A stretch of DNA of 64,000 nucleotides, from contig DF237010.1 of NCBI GenBank assembly GCA_000708835.1, forward strand, positions 182,351-246,350. The letters are read 5' to 3'. This document shows, piece by piece, positions 61,901 to 64,000 of this stretch; the stretch's first letter is position 1; each line of letters begins with the position of its first letter. The notes under the pieces were generated by a model that worked only from the letters and a program-made list of their open reading frames with translations, was not told the origin of the DNA and searched no databases. Source of the stretch: Klebsormidium nitens (taxonomy: Eukaryota > Plantae > Klebsormidiophyceae). A program made the translations under genes and the position numbers.

Positions 61901-62884
61901 CTGATCAGTGCCACATAGGAATCCTAGCCAGAACTAGTTAAAGCTAGCCAGGACAGAAGAGATGTCGCTCTGCAACGATCCCGTACAAAGTATTCTGGGA
62001 GATTGCAGGCATGAAAGAGAAAGAGGGACACACGAAAGACAGATCAGAAAACGGGGCAATGTGCTCAGAATCAAGGAGAAACCAGGCCCGCACCAATCCC
62101 TTCGATTGGTTGAGACCTTTCACGAAAGGGACATGCGTTCCTTGTATTGCTCGAGTAGGCTTCTGGAACTCGAACTTGATGGGGGCCATTGTGCAAGCTT
62201 CCCGCAGATTGCTCGCTCGCTTCGTCAACACGCGTTTCTCATTCTCAATTCCTCACAGAATGGACCTATCTTTAATCTAGTGCTGGATGCGGTGTGTATG
62301 AGGAATTTAATCTGGTGCAGGACAATCTGAAGACCAGCATCAGTAAGCTGGTGGATTCTCGCTCTCACCAGGGTCAAAAAGATGGGGTACTTGTATTTGT
62401 AGTTGCTCAGAATGGCCTTGTTGGCCAGCAACACACCGATGTTGCTCGCATACCTGAAGACAGTCCGCAGCAGAGTCACTGTCAAGATGTGCACCGAGAA
62501 TGAGAACTTTCAGTATAGAGTGCAGTCTAGAAAGAAGATGAAGATCTACGCTCAAATAAGATGCAGCCTTTGAAAAAAAGGTTGCTTATTATTAGACTTG
62601 CTATACTCCAGGTCAGTATGTGACCGGATCACTCCTCCAATTACGGCTGGCTGACAACGTGAGTGGACTATCTAGAAGGCCAGTCAAAACGGAAATTCCA
62701 AAGCACTTTGCAAAAACCAGTGCAATCCCCCTGGAGAGTCCCCTTACCAACTCAGGACAATCGCAAGGGTCTTGATACTGCCTGAGAGGACAAACGAGCG
62801 GCCAGATGGTTGCCCCTCGTAAAGAGGCAACTCTTCCTCTGCCTGCTTTTGCAGTCCTCCCTTGAGCCACGTTCGCAAGTCCAT
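58943..62884 (-). CDS. Sugar-phosphate/phosphate-translocator-family (TPT/nucleotide-sugar transporter) protein, 6 coding exons
   Basis: Exons 62884-62748, 62453-62369, 61846-61589, 61284-61153, 59848-59597 and 59095-58943. Motifs [97 protein letters not shown] and LYSEAKKR. Confidence 0.93.
59798..60445 (-). repeat. Four intronic copies of the transporter exon-5 acceptor plus first about 51 exon nt
   Basis: The true exon start is 59848. Pseudo-exon starts lie at 59961, 60074 (113-bp spacing), 60290 and 60435, each preceded by a pyrimidine tract and AG. Confidence 0.92.
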
Positions 62885-64000
62885 GGCAGACTTTGATGCC
62901 AGCTTTGAGAGTTGCTGGCGGCTCACAGAACCTGCACGAAATTACGTGCTGGTCATCATATTCGTCATCTCCTATCATATTTTGGTTGTTGAAGACAATG
63001 TGAACTTAGCTAATATTGTCGACTGATATTGACACTTTCAACCAATCAGTTTGGTGACTGATTGAATGGTGACTGATTGAAACAGTCACCATACCGTCTT
63101 TCTGCTGATGTGCACACCACTCTGTACTTGGTGTCAACAGGGCGTCTGGATTGTGTTAGAGGTCACAATTGTCCTTGAGGTGGTGCTCAAATAGGCAGCA
63201 CTGGCTTTCATCCGGAAAGACTGCTAACTTTTCAGCATAAGATGTAGGCAAATCTGAGATACAGTGACCCTCAGTTTCTTATCTGCTACAGACTAGATCA
63301 TGCGGTTTTCCCCAACAAAGCTGTGTAACTAAATCTGGTCGAGGCAAGCACATATGAATGCAATCTACTAACCAGCTGAGATACTTTTGCGCATGATGAT
63401 CTCAGCAGTCTGCAGCCCCACTTGGGCGGATTCCCAGTTGGACCCGCCAGGCTTCTACTTGGTAATCTCCTGCAGCTTGGTTACTGGAGTGTCATGGCCC
63501 CAACAGAATTGCAGCAGTTCTATTAATGCTGCACTACCAGACACAGTCTTTCCAGGCAGCACAAAAGGCCTGTGACTAGTCTATCTCTAACATTCAATGA
63601 GTCGTGATCTTTGAAAGGTGATTGTCTAACTACATCACAAGGCAAAGCTCCTATCAATCAATACAACCACTTCCCTCCTCTGCTCGGTGATGTGGCCGGC
63701 AGTACAGTACATCTGAGCCCTTGCATTTAAACCATGGTGAGTGCTCACAGAAGTTGGCTGTGACAAATGCGTATGTTCTGAAGCTGGAGAGGGCCTGCCG
63801 CATTGTGCAGCTAGAGATGATGCTGGGGGCGCTGGCAGGCAACCTGGATACATTAAACTTCACCCAGCCAGTGCTTGAGTGCTCTCACCATCACCAAAAG
63901 ACACTGCATTGGATGGCAACTATTCGCCCTTACGCCCTTCTGTCATTGCTCTAACCTTAGTTCCAGAAGTTGCCAACGCAAACAGATCCATCTTCCCAGG

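Noticed and set aside
63046-63090. Short direct and inverted repeat (ggtgactgattgaa twice, then cagtcacc)
   Set aside because: Too short, and there is no flanking element structure.

Overview
Eukaryotic, intron-rich nuclear DNA with introns of a few hundred bases and mostly GT-AG junctions. I traced splice junctions by hand and found nine multi-exon genes: ABIL (+), an AIM32/Apd1-like sucrase/ferredoxin protein (+), a choline-transporter-like CTL/PNS1 protein (-), Fuzzy (+), SHOC1 (-), V-ATPase subunit D (+), topoisomerase IB (-), syntaxin SYP81 (+) and TORTIFOLIA1/SPIRAL2 (+). A tenth, a sugar-phosphate/nucleotide-sugar transporter (-), closes the window. Plant-type genes (TOR1, ABIL, SYP81) together with the ciliogenesis gene Fuzzy point to a flagellate-forming streptophyte, probably a charophyte such as Klebsormidium; this is inference, not verified. 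All homology calls are from recalled family sequences, with no database search. The main unexplained signal is a recurrent 'acceptor echo': several introns carry, about 75-170 bp upstream of the real 3' splice site, a copy of that splice site plus the first 20-50 nt of the following exon. There are four copies in one transporter intron, one synonymous-only copy in the CTL gene, one in TOP1, and weaker ones elsewhere. Other notable items: a complete 12-exon Fuzzy gene, an intact meiotic ZMM gene SHOC1, an altered Fe-S ligand motif in the AIM32-like protein, a degenerate tRNA-Trp-like Pol III element with nearby hairpins, and alternating purine-pyrimidine tracts at gene 3' junctions.
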